Made by a program: the position numbers and the translations under genes. A stretch of 64,000 bases of DNA from a virus (lineage: Duplodnaviria; Caudoviricetes), in the IMG/VR virus record IMGVR_UViG_3300037067_011000, positions 10,632 through 74,631 of that record; one strand, given 5' to 3'. Shown piece after piece: positions 46,690 through 55,758 of this stretch (position 1 is the stretch's first letter; every line of letters starts with the position of its first letter). A model generated the notes under the pieces. The model ran no database searches and was not told the DNA's origin. It saw only the letters and a list, made by a program, of their open reading frames with translations.

Positions 46690-47465
46690 ATCTTCATCTT
46701 TTTATTATAATACCTGTCTGCCCAAGGTAACATCATTGTTCCTGCTGCTAAATGTCTTACAATAATCTCATCAAATGGGCAATATCTTTCTTTCTTTACA
46801 AATCTGGCAACTACCCTATAAGTCTTGTTTGAATCTTTAACCCCATTAAACCCTATATTTGTAAAAAGATTTGTGTCATCAGGATGAAAGGTACAACCCC
46901 AATTTGCAGGTAATATTTTTATATGTTGTTCCAATTCTTCTTTGGTAAAAGGAGTTGTATTTCTTGTTCCCATCATTTTAGGATCTTGCCCCCATTCTAA
47001 ACCAAGTATTTGAAATATTGCATCATTGTCCTGCCAAGTATTCCAGTGAGATAAACCTTTGTTAATTTCCTGTAATTTATCACTGCACATTTCATTAATA
47101 AATCTACGACTCCATTCTGATATTCTAATTGACCATGTTCCCATACAAAGTATCCCTGTGGATTCCTGCACTATTGAAAAATCTGCATCAAATACAGCAG
47201 GAAATCTCCCATCCATAATACAACAATCAATATCCATATAAGTAATCACATCCCCATCATTGAACCTTCCCATATTCTTATTTATCCAGAATATCTTTGC
47301 AAAAGGAATTTCGTAAGGGGCTGCTTCATTTTTTGTAATTTCTACAAATTCAAATCCATGTATCTGACAATATTTAATAAAACGAGGTCTTGTCTTTTTC
47401 TCATAGACAATCCGAACCTTATGGTTTTTTGGGTATGTGCATAATGTGATAAAATACTTTTTCAT
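46686..47465 (-). CDS. GT34-like (GMA12/MNN10-like) glycosyltransferase
   Basis: YCQIHG, AKIFWI, YMDIDCC DxD motif, DNDA. Confidence 0.65.
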   Translation of the reverse strand: MKKYFITLCTYPKNHKVRIVYEKKTRPRFIKYCQIHGFEFVEITKNEAAPYEIPFAKIFWINKNMGRFNDGDVITYMDIDCCIMDGRFPAVFDADFSIVQESTGILCMGTWSIRISEWSRRFINEMCSDKLQEINKGLSHWNTWQDNDAIFQILGLEWGQDPKMMGTRNTTPFTKEELEQHIKILPANWGCTFHPDDTNLFTNIGFNGVKDSNKTYRVVARFVKKERYCPFDEIIVRHLAAGTMMLPWADRYYNKKMKI

Positions 47466-47466
47466 A

Positions 47467-48042
47467 TTACCACTCCATATAAATTAAATGTAAAGGGCCA
47501 CAAACTACTTTTGTATGATGTTGTTTTGCAAACTCATCAATAGCCTTTGTTAAATTTGGATAACTTGGATGATGATAATCATGACAAGAAATTACCCCAC
47601 CTTTTCTGATTAACTGACTATAATTAATCAAGTCCTTTTTAACCTGATCATAAGAATGAAACCCATCAATGAATACAAAATCATATCTTAATTCAGAATC
47701 TAATAATTGAAATGCTGTATCACTTGTCATTTTTAAAAGTTGATACCTTGTGGGAGATAATCTTTTAGCAACCAAATCACATAAACAATCAAAATCTTCC
47801 TGACTTTCTATTCCACTTGGCATTCCCCCATGTTTATAAATCATATAAGGATCAATCCCAATAAGAGAATGCAATTCCGTAGTTCCCAATATCCTTCTTG
47901 CATGCCCTCCTGCAAACACACCTATTTCAATACCTATCTTATACCCTCTCTTACGAATAAGATTTGGAATTACATCATAATATGCTGCAAAATGTTTATC
48001 TGTATCTGCCATAAGGGCAAGCATTCTTTCTTCTCTTGTCAT
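47467..48042 (-). CDS. class I SAM methyltransferase (Methyltransf_24-like)
   Basis: GIEIGVFAGG, GIDPY, DFVFIDG.HSY..V..D, GG..SCHDY. Confidence 0.85.
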   Translation of the reverse strand: MTREERMLALMADTDKHFAAYYDVIPNLIRKRGYKIGIEIGVFAGGHARRILGTTELHSLIGIDPYMIYKHGGMPSGIESQEDFDCLCDLVAKRLSPTRYQLLKMTSDTAFQLLDSELRYDFVFIDGFHSYDQVKKDLINYSQLIRKGGVISCHDYHHPSYPNLTKAIDEFAKQHHTKVVCGPLHLIYMEW

Positions 48043-48758
48043 AATTCTTTTATTTTAGTCTTAATTATATCAAAAACTGAACGTAAGGCTTTTCTGTTGT
48101 TTAAATAATAACTCCCATCATGCACCCTGTGTATATAAGATAATTCAGGAACTATTTTTAATTTGTATCCTTGTAACAACCACAAATAACTAAAATAGAA
48201 TGAATCTAAAGTACTTAATCTTACATCTAAAACAGTTTGTTCAACCACATCTGTATATCTTTGTCTGTTGAAAAAATAATTTCCTGTATTCAACCATGTA
48301 CTGAAAACTGAATTATCTATGTGTTCTTTTACATTTGTTCTATCTATATCCAATGTATTAAATTCTTTATATGTCCAGTTAACCCCTTCCTTATTCAATT
48401 TGTACATTACCTCTGGACAATAAATTGTATCCTTATCCTTTTCTAAATTACTTACTTTTTCAATATAATCATTATCAATAATATTATCACAATCCAATAA
48501 GATACACCATTCATTATTACATTGTTTTACAACTTTGTACTTATTCAAAAATGGACCAATATTTTCTACATTCCGATACAACTTTACTTTATCTGTATTT
48601 AATCCCTGAATAAGATTCCATAGTTTAGCATATTTATTAACATCAGAAAAATCATCCTGTATAATAATTTCACCCACCAAGGCATTACCCAAAACCTGAA
48701 TGAATGACTCAATTGTCATTTCTACCCTATCATAATTTGCAATTGCTAATGAAATCAT
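48039..48758 (-). CDS. GT2-type glycosyltransferase
   Basis: ISLAIANY, IIQDDFS, EN.GPFLNK, LLDCDN. Confidence 0.8.
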   Translation of the reverse strand: MISLAIANYDRVEMTIESFIQVLGNALVGEIIIQDDFSDVNKYAKLWNLIQGLNTDKVKLYRNVENIGPFLNKYKVVKQCNNEWCILLDCDNIIDNDYIEKVSNLEKDKDTIYCPEVMYKLNKEGVNWTYKEFNTLDIDRTNVKEHIDNSVFSTWLNTGNYFFNRQRYTDVVEQTVLDVRLSTLDSFYFSYLWLLQGYKLKIVPELSYIHRVHDGSYYLNNRKALRSVFDIIKTKIKEL

Positions 48759-48759
48759 A

Positions 48760-49380
48760 CTAAGTATATTTTAAATATAAAGCATCACCCCACGACTTTG
48801 GTTTGGCATCTGTGAGTATTCTCACAAACCCAAACTTCCCTAAGAACTTATCTAAATCATCTACAAGAACACACCCTTTGTAAACTTCCTCAAAATTGAC
48901 TTCTGAATAAATAATGTCAATTGTTTTTAATGTTTCTGTTGCTCCTTTAAATACTTCTAATTCATATCCCTGAGTATCAATATTGATCATATTAAACTTT
49001 GTACGATCAAATTCTATATTATCCAATTTATCCATTCTCACAATTTCCTTTTTATCAAACTTGATTTTTGGATATTGTTTCAAATGTATTTTAGGTTCAA
49101 GTATGGAACAACTCTGCCCTTTATTTGCTGTTTCCACAAACATTTCTTTCTCTCCTGTTTCATTTCCAAGAGCAAGTTGACAAATCAAAATGCTACCATC
49201 CACAGGTAAATTTTCTAATAGTTTAATAAAATTGTCATGAATAGGTTCAAAAAAGATCATATTTTTAATCCCCTGCTTTTTGTAATCAAGATATTCCTGT
49301 CCATAGTGTGCCCCAATATGAATAACCCCATTAATTTGAAGATTATAATTGTTTACAATATTTTGCAATTTCATCATCAT
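48760..49380 (-). CDS. FkbM family methyltransferase
   Basis: VIHIGAH.G, FFEP, INIDTQGYELEVFKG; likely start ATG 49380 overlapping the upstream TGA. Confidence 0.88.
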   Translation of the reverse strand: MMMKLQNIVNNYNLQINGVIHIGAHYGQEYLDYKKQGIKNMIFFEPIHDNFIKLLENLPVDGSILICQLALGNETGEKEMFVETANKGQSCSILEPKIHLKQYPKIKFDKKEIVRMDKLDNIEFDRTKFNMINIDTQGYELEVFKGATETLKTIDIIYSEVNFEEVYKGCVLVDDLDKFLGKFGFVRILTDAKPKSWGDALYLKYT

Positions 49381-50153
49381 AATAATTTCCATTCTTTTGG
49401 TAAACAGAACTCTTTCATAAATTTTACCTGATTCTCTTCCTTTGTTCTCCACTGCTTTGGTGCAACAACCACAGAATTTGAATCTTCATTTAATAATGCT
49501 GCCCAAGCACTAAATGTACTGTTGGCAATTATCTTTTGTTTGCAGGATTTTAACAATTCAAAATCAAAATAATCCCCACCCTTTATAAACATCACATTTT
49601 GAAATCTTCTTCCTGTAAAATATTTTTGACACCATTTTATATCATCACTAAAAACAAGAATATCCCCTTTTACATATCTCAAAGCATTCTGATAATATGA
49701 TAATGGTAAAACATTAAAAGCATTGTTTTTTACATAATCCCCTCTTCTGACATGAATCCCCACAGAATTGGTATTAAGAATCTGATTTTTTAATGTAATA
49801 AATTCAGGAATATAAAATTCTTCTTTCACACAAAATTCTTTTCTCAAAATTGGAAGAACATCTTTGTAAATATTGATATACTGCCAATATCCCCAAAAAT
49901 TACAATTGTCTAATTTTGTATATAATGGAGAAAATTCTTTCTCTCTGATTGTTCGTTGATTTAAAAAAGAACTGATTTTAACATCAGTATTGAATTTATT
50001 CAACCTGTATGGCCTTGAATCCTCATCAGCATGAATCTTCACCCTATAAGTCAAATCATATCTTACTTCAATTCCATTGGATTCCATTACTCTTCCAAAA
50101 GCATATTGAAATAATTGATTTCCTAATCCACCATATATCCTGATAACATTCAT
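49377..50153 (-). CDS. alpha-1,2-fucosyltransferase (GT11)
   Basis: GGLGNQLFQYA, GYWQ, HVRRGDY, FSDD..WC, ANSTFS.WAA. Confidence 0.92.
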   Translation of the reverse strand: MNVIRIYGGLGNQLFQYAFGRVMESNGIEVRYDLTYRVKIHADEDSRPYRLNKFNTDVKISSFLNQRTIREKEFSPLYTKLDNCNFWGYWQYINIYKDVLPILRKEFCVKEEFYIPEFITLKNQILNTNSVGIHVRRGDYVKNNAFNVLPLSYYQNALRYVKGDILVFSDDIKWCQKYFTGRRFQNVMFIKGGDYFDFELLKSCKQKIIANSTFSAWAALLNEDSNSVVVAPKQWRTKEENQVKFMKEFCLPKEWKLL

Positions 50154-50881
50154 TCTTTATTAACTTTTTCTTTTTCTAATACATCTTGCACTTCATCTAA
50201 AGACATCTTGGGAAATTCTTTTATGGCACTGTCAGGACATATATTCCAAATAGTAATTCCCCTTCTTTTTGCATCTTTAGCAATATCTGCAAATCCTCTT
50301 AAATGCCTGTCAAATGGTAATGTAATTGGTTTCTTTGAAATCTTGGCAATTATACCCTTTCCATATAAATCATGCCAATGTTGTCTTCTGTCATCACTTA
50401 ATTTCATATCAAACCCAAGTAAAATAATTCTCTTTGCCCCTGCGTTAGCGGCTATGCTGATTGCTGCTGCCCCACTATTCCCATTCCAACTTGTCATTTG
50501 TGGATTGTCACTTATACCCTTTGGATATTTCATATCTCTTGGTGTAAATTTAACCCAATCATATTTCCCCATTTGGGGATGGCAAGAGACTTTTAATCCA
50601 GGGAATTTTGCCAATCCCTGTTGATGTTTTAAAAAGAACCCAATATCTCCAAAGAACACTATGTCAATCCAATCCCCAATCAAATATGCTACATTAATAC
50701 CAATTACGTGTTTGTCATGTAAAAAACTCATATAAGGAGAATAGACGTTGGCAGGGGAAATCCCTTTTATTACACTATCCACAACTTCATCTGGAATCCC
50801 AAACTGTTTTGGTATAGAAGCACCTCCCCCTATAATCCAAACATCTCCCCCTTCCCACATTCGAGGAACCTGCCAAATCAT
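50150..50881 (-). CDS. DUF115/Maf-like (GT29-like fold) transferase
   Basis: VWIIGGGASI, IGIN, NSGAAAI..A...GAKRIILLGFDM. Confidence 0.65.
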   Translation of the reverse strand: MIWQVPRMWEGGDVWIIGGGASIPKQFGIPDEVVDSVIKGISPANVYSPYMSFLHDKHVIGINVAYLIGDWIDIVFFGDIGFFLKHQQGLAKFPGLKVSCHPQMGKYDWVKFTPRDMKYPKGISDNPQMTSWNGNSGAAAISIAANAGAKRIILLGFDMKLSDDRRQHWHDLYGKGIIAKISKKPITLPFDRHLRGFADIAKDAKRRGITIWNICPDSAIKEFPKMSLDEVQDVLEKEKVNKE

Positions 50882-51264
50882 TTTGTTCCTTTTAGTAAGT
50901 CTGCAACCAATGCTTCTGCAACATCTTTCTTGAGTGACTTTTCATTCATCACCTTTCCTGTATTGCTTACAACATCAAACAAAAACAAACTCTTCCCATG
51001 AGGGACTGCCTCAAATGTAGGTTTTGTTATTTCCTTTGGTGTTTCAACATTCTCTTTTTCTTTTGTTGCAAGAGGTAGAAAAGTTGCATCCCCACTTAAA
51101 GGGATAACAAACTTTCTAAATGAAGATGATATTTCCTCTGGATAGGCTTCAAACTTCTCATTTGGTTTGATAATTCTATTCCCTATTCTCAAAGAACCTC
51201 CTCCTATTTTTTGCCATCTTGGTTTTGATTCTACTTTAATGTCTTCACTTTTTGCTCGTTCCAT
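50878..51264 (-). CDS. hypothetical protein downstream of major capsid
   Basis: ORF track; ATGA-coupled to the glycosylation cassette. Confidence 0.65.
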   Translation of the reverse strand: MERAKSEDIKVESKPRWQKIGGGSLRIGNRIIKPNEKFEAYPEEISSSFRKFVIPLSGDATFLPLATKEKENVETPKEITKPTFEAVPHGKSLFLFDVVSNTGKVMNEKSLKKDVAEALVADLLKGTK

Positions 51265-51315
51265 AATTTTATAATCTTTAATTTAAAAAATAATTTCTTG
51301 ATTAGAAATTTTAAC

Positions 51316-52413
51316 TTATGCCAATTTTACTATACCGCACTTGCCATTCTGATCACTACGTATTTGCGGGACCTGAATGCAAAATGCCTTGAATTTCGTA
51401 ACAAAAACACCTTCTTCTTTCCACTGTACATTTGTCAAACCAAGACCATTGACCAAACGAACTACATCAGGAGTCATTTGTACAAGAAGAATTGTATCAT
51501 CTGCAAGAGTATCAATAACTTTAATACCTTTGATAACATCAATTTTCATAATACGATCCTTAATAGTAGTCCCTGGAGTAGTGGTATCATAGTCATCATA
51601 CAGTACAATCCCATATTCTGTAGGAATGTACAACATGAATGGGCCATAATAGTAAGCAGCGTTTGCAGATTTAATCATGTTCAATACATCATTTAAAATA
51701 CCAGCAGCAGTTTTTGCTGAAGCATCCCAATGAGTACCAAGAGTAACAAGATTAATATCAGGAAAATTAATATAACTATAAATCTTATTTCTGCTTCTGT
51801 CATCCACTTCTCCATAACCATAGGTCGTGTCAGTAAAAAGCATATTTTCCAATGTTTCATTAATTGCTCTTGCTGCCATCCTTGCATCAGTTGTATCCAA
51901 TGGATTCCCCATATTACGACTGGTTGCCAATTCCCTTGCATTAATCTCATAATCAACATGAGTTATAGGAATTGGTAAATAATTGTGCTGATAATTAGGA
52001 CGTTGATTTTCCCCTTTTGGAAGTCCATCCATACTAACAACAGCAGTCATCTTACCAGCCACATCATGCCATTCGAGAACAGTTGTTCCCATAGCATTGC
52101 CTAAATTGTAGGTAAGTCCATTTGCTCTCAAATCATCAATACCACCGAGACGGTACATTTTTTCCGCCATTAAAGCAGCATCCAACTGTTTCCACTCATC
52201 CCTACGGAGAGTAGCATTAGATACAAGCTGAAGACCCCAATTTTCCCTTTTTGCAGGATCACCTCCTTTATACATGGAAATATAAGGTCTCCCATCTGTT
52301 CCAATGAACGGACGTTTTGCCCCTGCATTAAATGTTCCATTGTTTTGGAGCATTTTAGCAAAATCTCCTTGGGCATGTCCGTTTGCCATTAAATCTATTT
52401 TTACATCAGGCAT
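51316..52413 (-). CDS. major capsid protein (HK97 fold, linocin/encapsulin-like)
   Basis: 365 aa; TLRRDEWKQLD, LPIPITHVDYEINARELA, ENMLF; follows protease and decoration genes; AGGAGG SD. Confidence 0.85.
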   Translation of the reverse strand: MPDVKIDLMANGHAQGDFAKMLQNNGTFNAGAKRPFIGTDGRPYISMYKGGDPAKRENWGLQLVSNATLRRDEWKQLDAALMAEKMYRLGGIDDLRANGLTYNLGNAMGTTVLEWHDVAGKMTAVVSMDGLPKGENQRPNYQHNYLPIPITHVDYEINARELATSRNMGNPLDTTDARMAARAINETLENMLFTDTTYGYGEVDDRSRNKIYSYINFPDINLVTLGTHWDASAKTAAGILNDVLNMIKSANAAYYYGPFMLYIPTEYGIVLYDDYDTTTPGTTIKDRIMKIDVIKGIKVIDTLADDTILLVQMTPDVVRLVNGLGLTNVQWKEEGVFVTKFKAFCIQVPQIRSDQNGKCGIVKLA

Positions 52414-52441
52414 TTTCTTTTCCTCCTTTTTTCTTTTATAA

Positions 52442-52933
52442 TTACAGTATCATTACTTTTATACGAGGATTATGATATGTCCCCCCTGCACTGGATTCTG
52501 AACCTTCTGGAAGAGTACTCAAATCCACAGCTTCTGTAGCAATACCAATAATGGCATTCTGTACAGAACCAGTAGTTGAATCCCCAGGATCAGCAGCATG
52601 TAACTGTAATCTACCATCCCCATCTGATTCAAGAAATTGTCCAATCGTAATTGTCTGCTCATCTCTCAAAAGGGCATTTACAATATCCCCTCTTCCAGGA
52701 ATCCATACCTGAACCCTGTCAGCAGCAGCATAATCATCATCAATCCCATGTCCCTGAAGAGCATCCTCCACAGCAAACATTATAGGCACTACATTTCCAC
52801 TGGCAGTGGCATGTGCAAGAACCTCATCATCTGAGTTAAATGCAACCAACATCCCAGGAATTATAGTAGCATGTGCTATCTTTTCTATGATAACATCACT
52901 GTACTTTTTTAACTTAATAGTATTTGCAGCCAT
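52442..52933 (-). CDS. capsid decoration / cement protein
   Basis: IIPGMLV...A.ED.LQG.GIDDDYAAADRV...G..VNALL.....I..GQFLESDGDG.L pattern between scaffold and capsid. Confidence 0.7.
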   Translation of the reverse strand: MAANTIKLKKYSDVIIEKIAHATIIPGMLVAFNSDDEVLAHATASGNVVPIMFAVEDALQGHGIDDDYAAADRVQVWIPGRGDIVNALLRDEQTITIGQFLESDGDGRLQLHAADPGDSTTGSVQNAIIGIATEAVDLSTLPEGSESSAGGTYHNPRIKVMIL

Positions 52934-52945
52934 TCCTTTTCCTCC

Positions 52946-53422
52946 TTATTTTTTAACTTCAAATTCAATTCCGGTTGGCAGTAAAATCTCTTCCGTACCT
53001 GCATTAGCATTCATGTTATTTGCATTTAAAGCATAATTCCCTGCTGTTGCACTTTCCTCTTTCACAACAGAATCATACACCCTTTTAATCAGGGCATCTG
53101 TCATAGTTCCAAATCCAGTATCAGGCCACAACTCTTTTGAAGTATTTGCCTGAATCCCCTGAATCATAGCATCCCTTTTTTCTTTTCTCTGCTGTCTTGC
53201 CCAAGCTACATCAGCCTGATCTTCTGCGGAGAGTTTATTAATTTCCACTGTCTTCTCAACGATCTTCTCTTTTTCAATCACCTTTGGAGTAATTGCTTTA
53301 TCAAGAGCCTTTTCGCTAAGGACTTCCAACCATTCCCTATCTGTCTCATCAAAACCAGACTCCTTGTTTGCAAGAAGTTTATTGATTTTTTCGAGGCATT
53401 TTGGGCATTTCTCATTTGCCAT
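52946..53422 (-). CDS. internal in-frame scaffold protein (158 aa)
   Basis: AGGAGG 8 nt upstream of in-frame ATG (Met386, MANEKCPKC). Confidence 0.55.
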   Translation of the reverse strand: MANEKCPKCLEKINKLLANKESGFDETDREWLEVLSEKALDKAITPKVIEKEKIVEKTVEINKLSAEDQADVAWARQQRKEKRDAMIQGIQANTSKELWPDTGFGTMTDALIKRVYDSVVKEESATAGNYALNANNMNANAGTEEILLPTGIEFEVKK

Positions 53423-54577
53423 TTTCGTGTCCTCCTTTTTATTATTAGTATTAACTTTATTTCGTACCCAACCACTGTTGACTACGTATTCCACTTTTTT
53501 GTGGACTTCAATAGGCTCCCCTACAAATTCGATTTTCCCGCTTTCGATTTTATAAGATTGCTTATACATTGAACGATTATTATCACCACTTTTTGAATAA
53601 ATCAAAGAATCGTCATACATTTCTTCCAAATAATGATATATATAATGGTGTTTTCCTTCTGCATCTTCATGTTCAGAATCCAAAGAACGAAGTTTATCAT
53701 AAACCAAATTCATTCTTTCCTGATATCCTTGTTCAGAATTATTTCCTATGGAGGTGAATGAATATCCTTTCTTATTAACTGTCAATAAGAAAAGATTATG
53801 TACTGATATTTCATTCCACTCTTTTTTACTATTTGCTCCTAATCCACATCCATCAGCACAACTACAAGCCCCTATCTGATCTGGAAGTATTGCCAAATGA
53901 TCAGGTCTGTGATTGTGTGCTATTCCAACATATTTTTCACCCTCATAATCCCCCTCTGCCATTTCATTTTCAGTGAACATCCCAAGACTCACTTCTACTT
54001 CCTTTGTAGCATTTATATCCTCCAATGTATTTGCTGAAATGGAATTGAGTTTGTCCTCATCTAACCAAACCTCTGCCTTTAACTTCTTTCCTTCAACAGA
54101 AGTGTTGTAAACACGTCCCACGGTCATTTTATCAATGATGTCAGGGGAATTTGCTGATACGGCATTCCCATCTTCCTCTGGATGATAAATTACAACTGGT
54201 ATCCCATTCCAGGATTCTGGAAATTTACCAAGTTCACTTATCTCATGTAAAAGAGGCCCCTGACTACCATTATGCACCCCCTCCACCATCATCACAACAG
54301 GGATTACCAAATGCGCCTTTTCCTGATGAACAGTAAGTTTTACTTCATAATCCAATACCTGTTTATTCTTGTAAACAGAATATTTTCCTTTACTCTCATT
54401 CACATTCATCACAACTCCATTTGCCTGTTTAATAGCAGATGCAGTGGCTTCCTCCTCTGTCTTGCCTGCTTTCATTTCTTTTTTTCTTACAGATTCAGCG
54501 ATTCGACTCCACTGCTTTTTTCCTTTTTCACTAAGTCCTTTTTTATGTTTTTCGGCATCTTCCGGTTTAAATGGCAT
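52946..54577 (-). CDS. DUF2213-like prohead protease / scaffold fusion
   Basis: WNGIPVVIYHP, EVSLG, HLAILP...GACS...GCG; helical C-terminal scaffold. Confidence 0.75.
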   Translation of the reverse strand: MPFKPEDAEKHKKGLSEKGKKQWSRIAESVRKKEMKAGKTEEEATASAIKQANGVVMNVNESKGKYSVYKNKQVLDYEVKLTVHQEKAHLVIPVVMMVEGVHNGSQGPLLHEISELGKFPESWNGIPVVIYHPEEDGNAVSANSPDIIDKMTVGRVYNTSVEGKKLKAEVWLDEDKLNSISANTLEDINATKEVEVSLGMFTENEMAEGDYEGEKYVGIAHNHRPDHLAILPDQIGACSCADGCGLGANSKKEWNEISVHNLFLLTVNKKGYSFTSIGNNSEQGYQERMNLVYDKLRSLDSEHEDAEGKHHYIYHYLEEMYDDSLIYSKSGDNNRSMYKQSYKIESGKIEFVGEPIEVHKKVEYVVNSGWVRNKVNTNNKKEDTKMANEKCPKCLEKINKLLANKESGFDETDREWLEVLSEKALDKAITPKVIEKEKIVEKTVEINKLSAEDQADVAWARQQRKEKRDAMIQGIQANTSKELWPDTGFGTMTDALIKRVYDSVVKEESATAGNYALNANNMNANAGTEEILLPTGIEFEVKK

Positions 54578-54595
54578 CTTAATTCCCTCCTATTT

Positions 54596-54829
54596 TTAAA
54601 TTCTATTTGTCATCTTTTGAGTTATTCTTCTACCACACTCTTTACAATTATAAATATACATTCTTGCTCTCCTGTTTGTTAAATGTTTCATGTTTTCCCA
54701 TTTCAACCCAACCAACCTGATACAATGTCTGCAATACACATAATTGTCAGTATGAATCCCTCCTACCACAGGATTTGATTCCGTAGGAGTCAATGTTGGA
54801 AAACTTGAATATGTTACTTCTGAACCCAT
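54596..54829 (-). CDS. small Zn-finger protein
   Basis: CRHC...CKEC. Confidence 0.55.
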   Translation of the reverse strand: MGSEVTYSSFPTLTPTESNPVVGGIHTDNYVYCRHCIRLVGLKWENMKHLTNRRARMYIYNCKECGRRITQKMTNRI

Positions 54830-54831
54830 TC

Positions 54832-55758
54832 TTATTTGTATTTTTGAAGTTCTTCAATGTAGGGAACTGTAGTGCAACGGCAAGACGGATGAAAAGGTAT
54901 TAAAGATTCTATCTCATCCAATGTGAACACTTTACCATCCATAGCCAAACATTTATCACATACTTTTCCATCTCTTGCACTGCTCCATTCTGCTAATACT
55001 TTAATCCCTTCCAATCCCCAATTCCTGTATTCTTGTATGGTAGCAAGATGGTGTGCCCTTATTATTTCTGTTCTTGCTATCATCTCTGCCCTACGTGCAG
55101 CAGGTATAAACCTTCCCAACGTGTCTGTTATCCCCAATTCCCCCATCCCTGTTCTGTTAATTGTCGCTACGAGTTTTCTCGCAATTACAATTGGTGCTTC
55201 CCCATTCAAGAATCCCTGTGTAAGAATTTTACTTATCTGAGCATTCATTGCATCTGTAACACCCTTCAGATTTGTAAAAGTTCCTGAATACAACAATTCT
55301 AACCTTTCTGCATGAGAAATACCCTGTAACACAACATCAATCCCACCCATTTCTTCTATGGTTGGTATTTTATACCCTGCTTTTATTAATTCCTGATGTG
55401 CCCTGATTACACCACTCCTATAAGCCTCATACACATATTTATTTGCCCAAGGGTCTTGAAATCCTCCTATACTTAAAATTCCTCTGTCAATTTGCACCTG
55501 TGCCCAAAGAAGAAACAAAGCAATTTTCTCTGCACTTGTTTTATATTTGTATTCTTCCTCTGAAACAGGTTGCATCTGATTCTTTTGTAAATCCTTTAAT
55601 CCAAAACAATCATTGTTATATATTGATTTCTTAACAACAACAGCAAATTCTGTAAATCTCCGTTGCATATCCTTTGCAAAAATATTTCTCAACCCTGTTG
55701 TCTGGGTTGGGTCATATCTCCTTATTTGCTTTTCAGTATATACTGCTGTCTCTTCCAT
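54832..55758 (-). CDS. minor head protein (Mu gpF / SPP1 gp7-like)
   Basis: RAEMIARTE..RAH, D.KVC..C, PFHPSCRC. Confidence 0.88.
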   Translation of the reverse strand: MEETAVYTEKQIRRYDPTQTTGLRNIFAKDMQRRFTEFAVVVKKSIYNNDCFGLKDLQKNQMQPVSEEEYKYKTSAEKIALFLLWAQVQIDRGILSIGGFQDPWANKYVYEAYRSGVIRAHQELIKAGYKIPTIEEMGGIDVVLQGISHAERLELLYSGTFTNLKGVTDAMNAQISKILTQGFLNGEAPIVIARKLVATINRTGMGELGITDTLGRFIPAARRAEMIARTEIIRAHHLATIQEYRNWGLEGIKVLAEWSSARDGKVCDKCLAMDGKVFTLDEIESLIPFHPSCRCTTVPYIEELQKYK

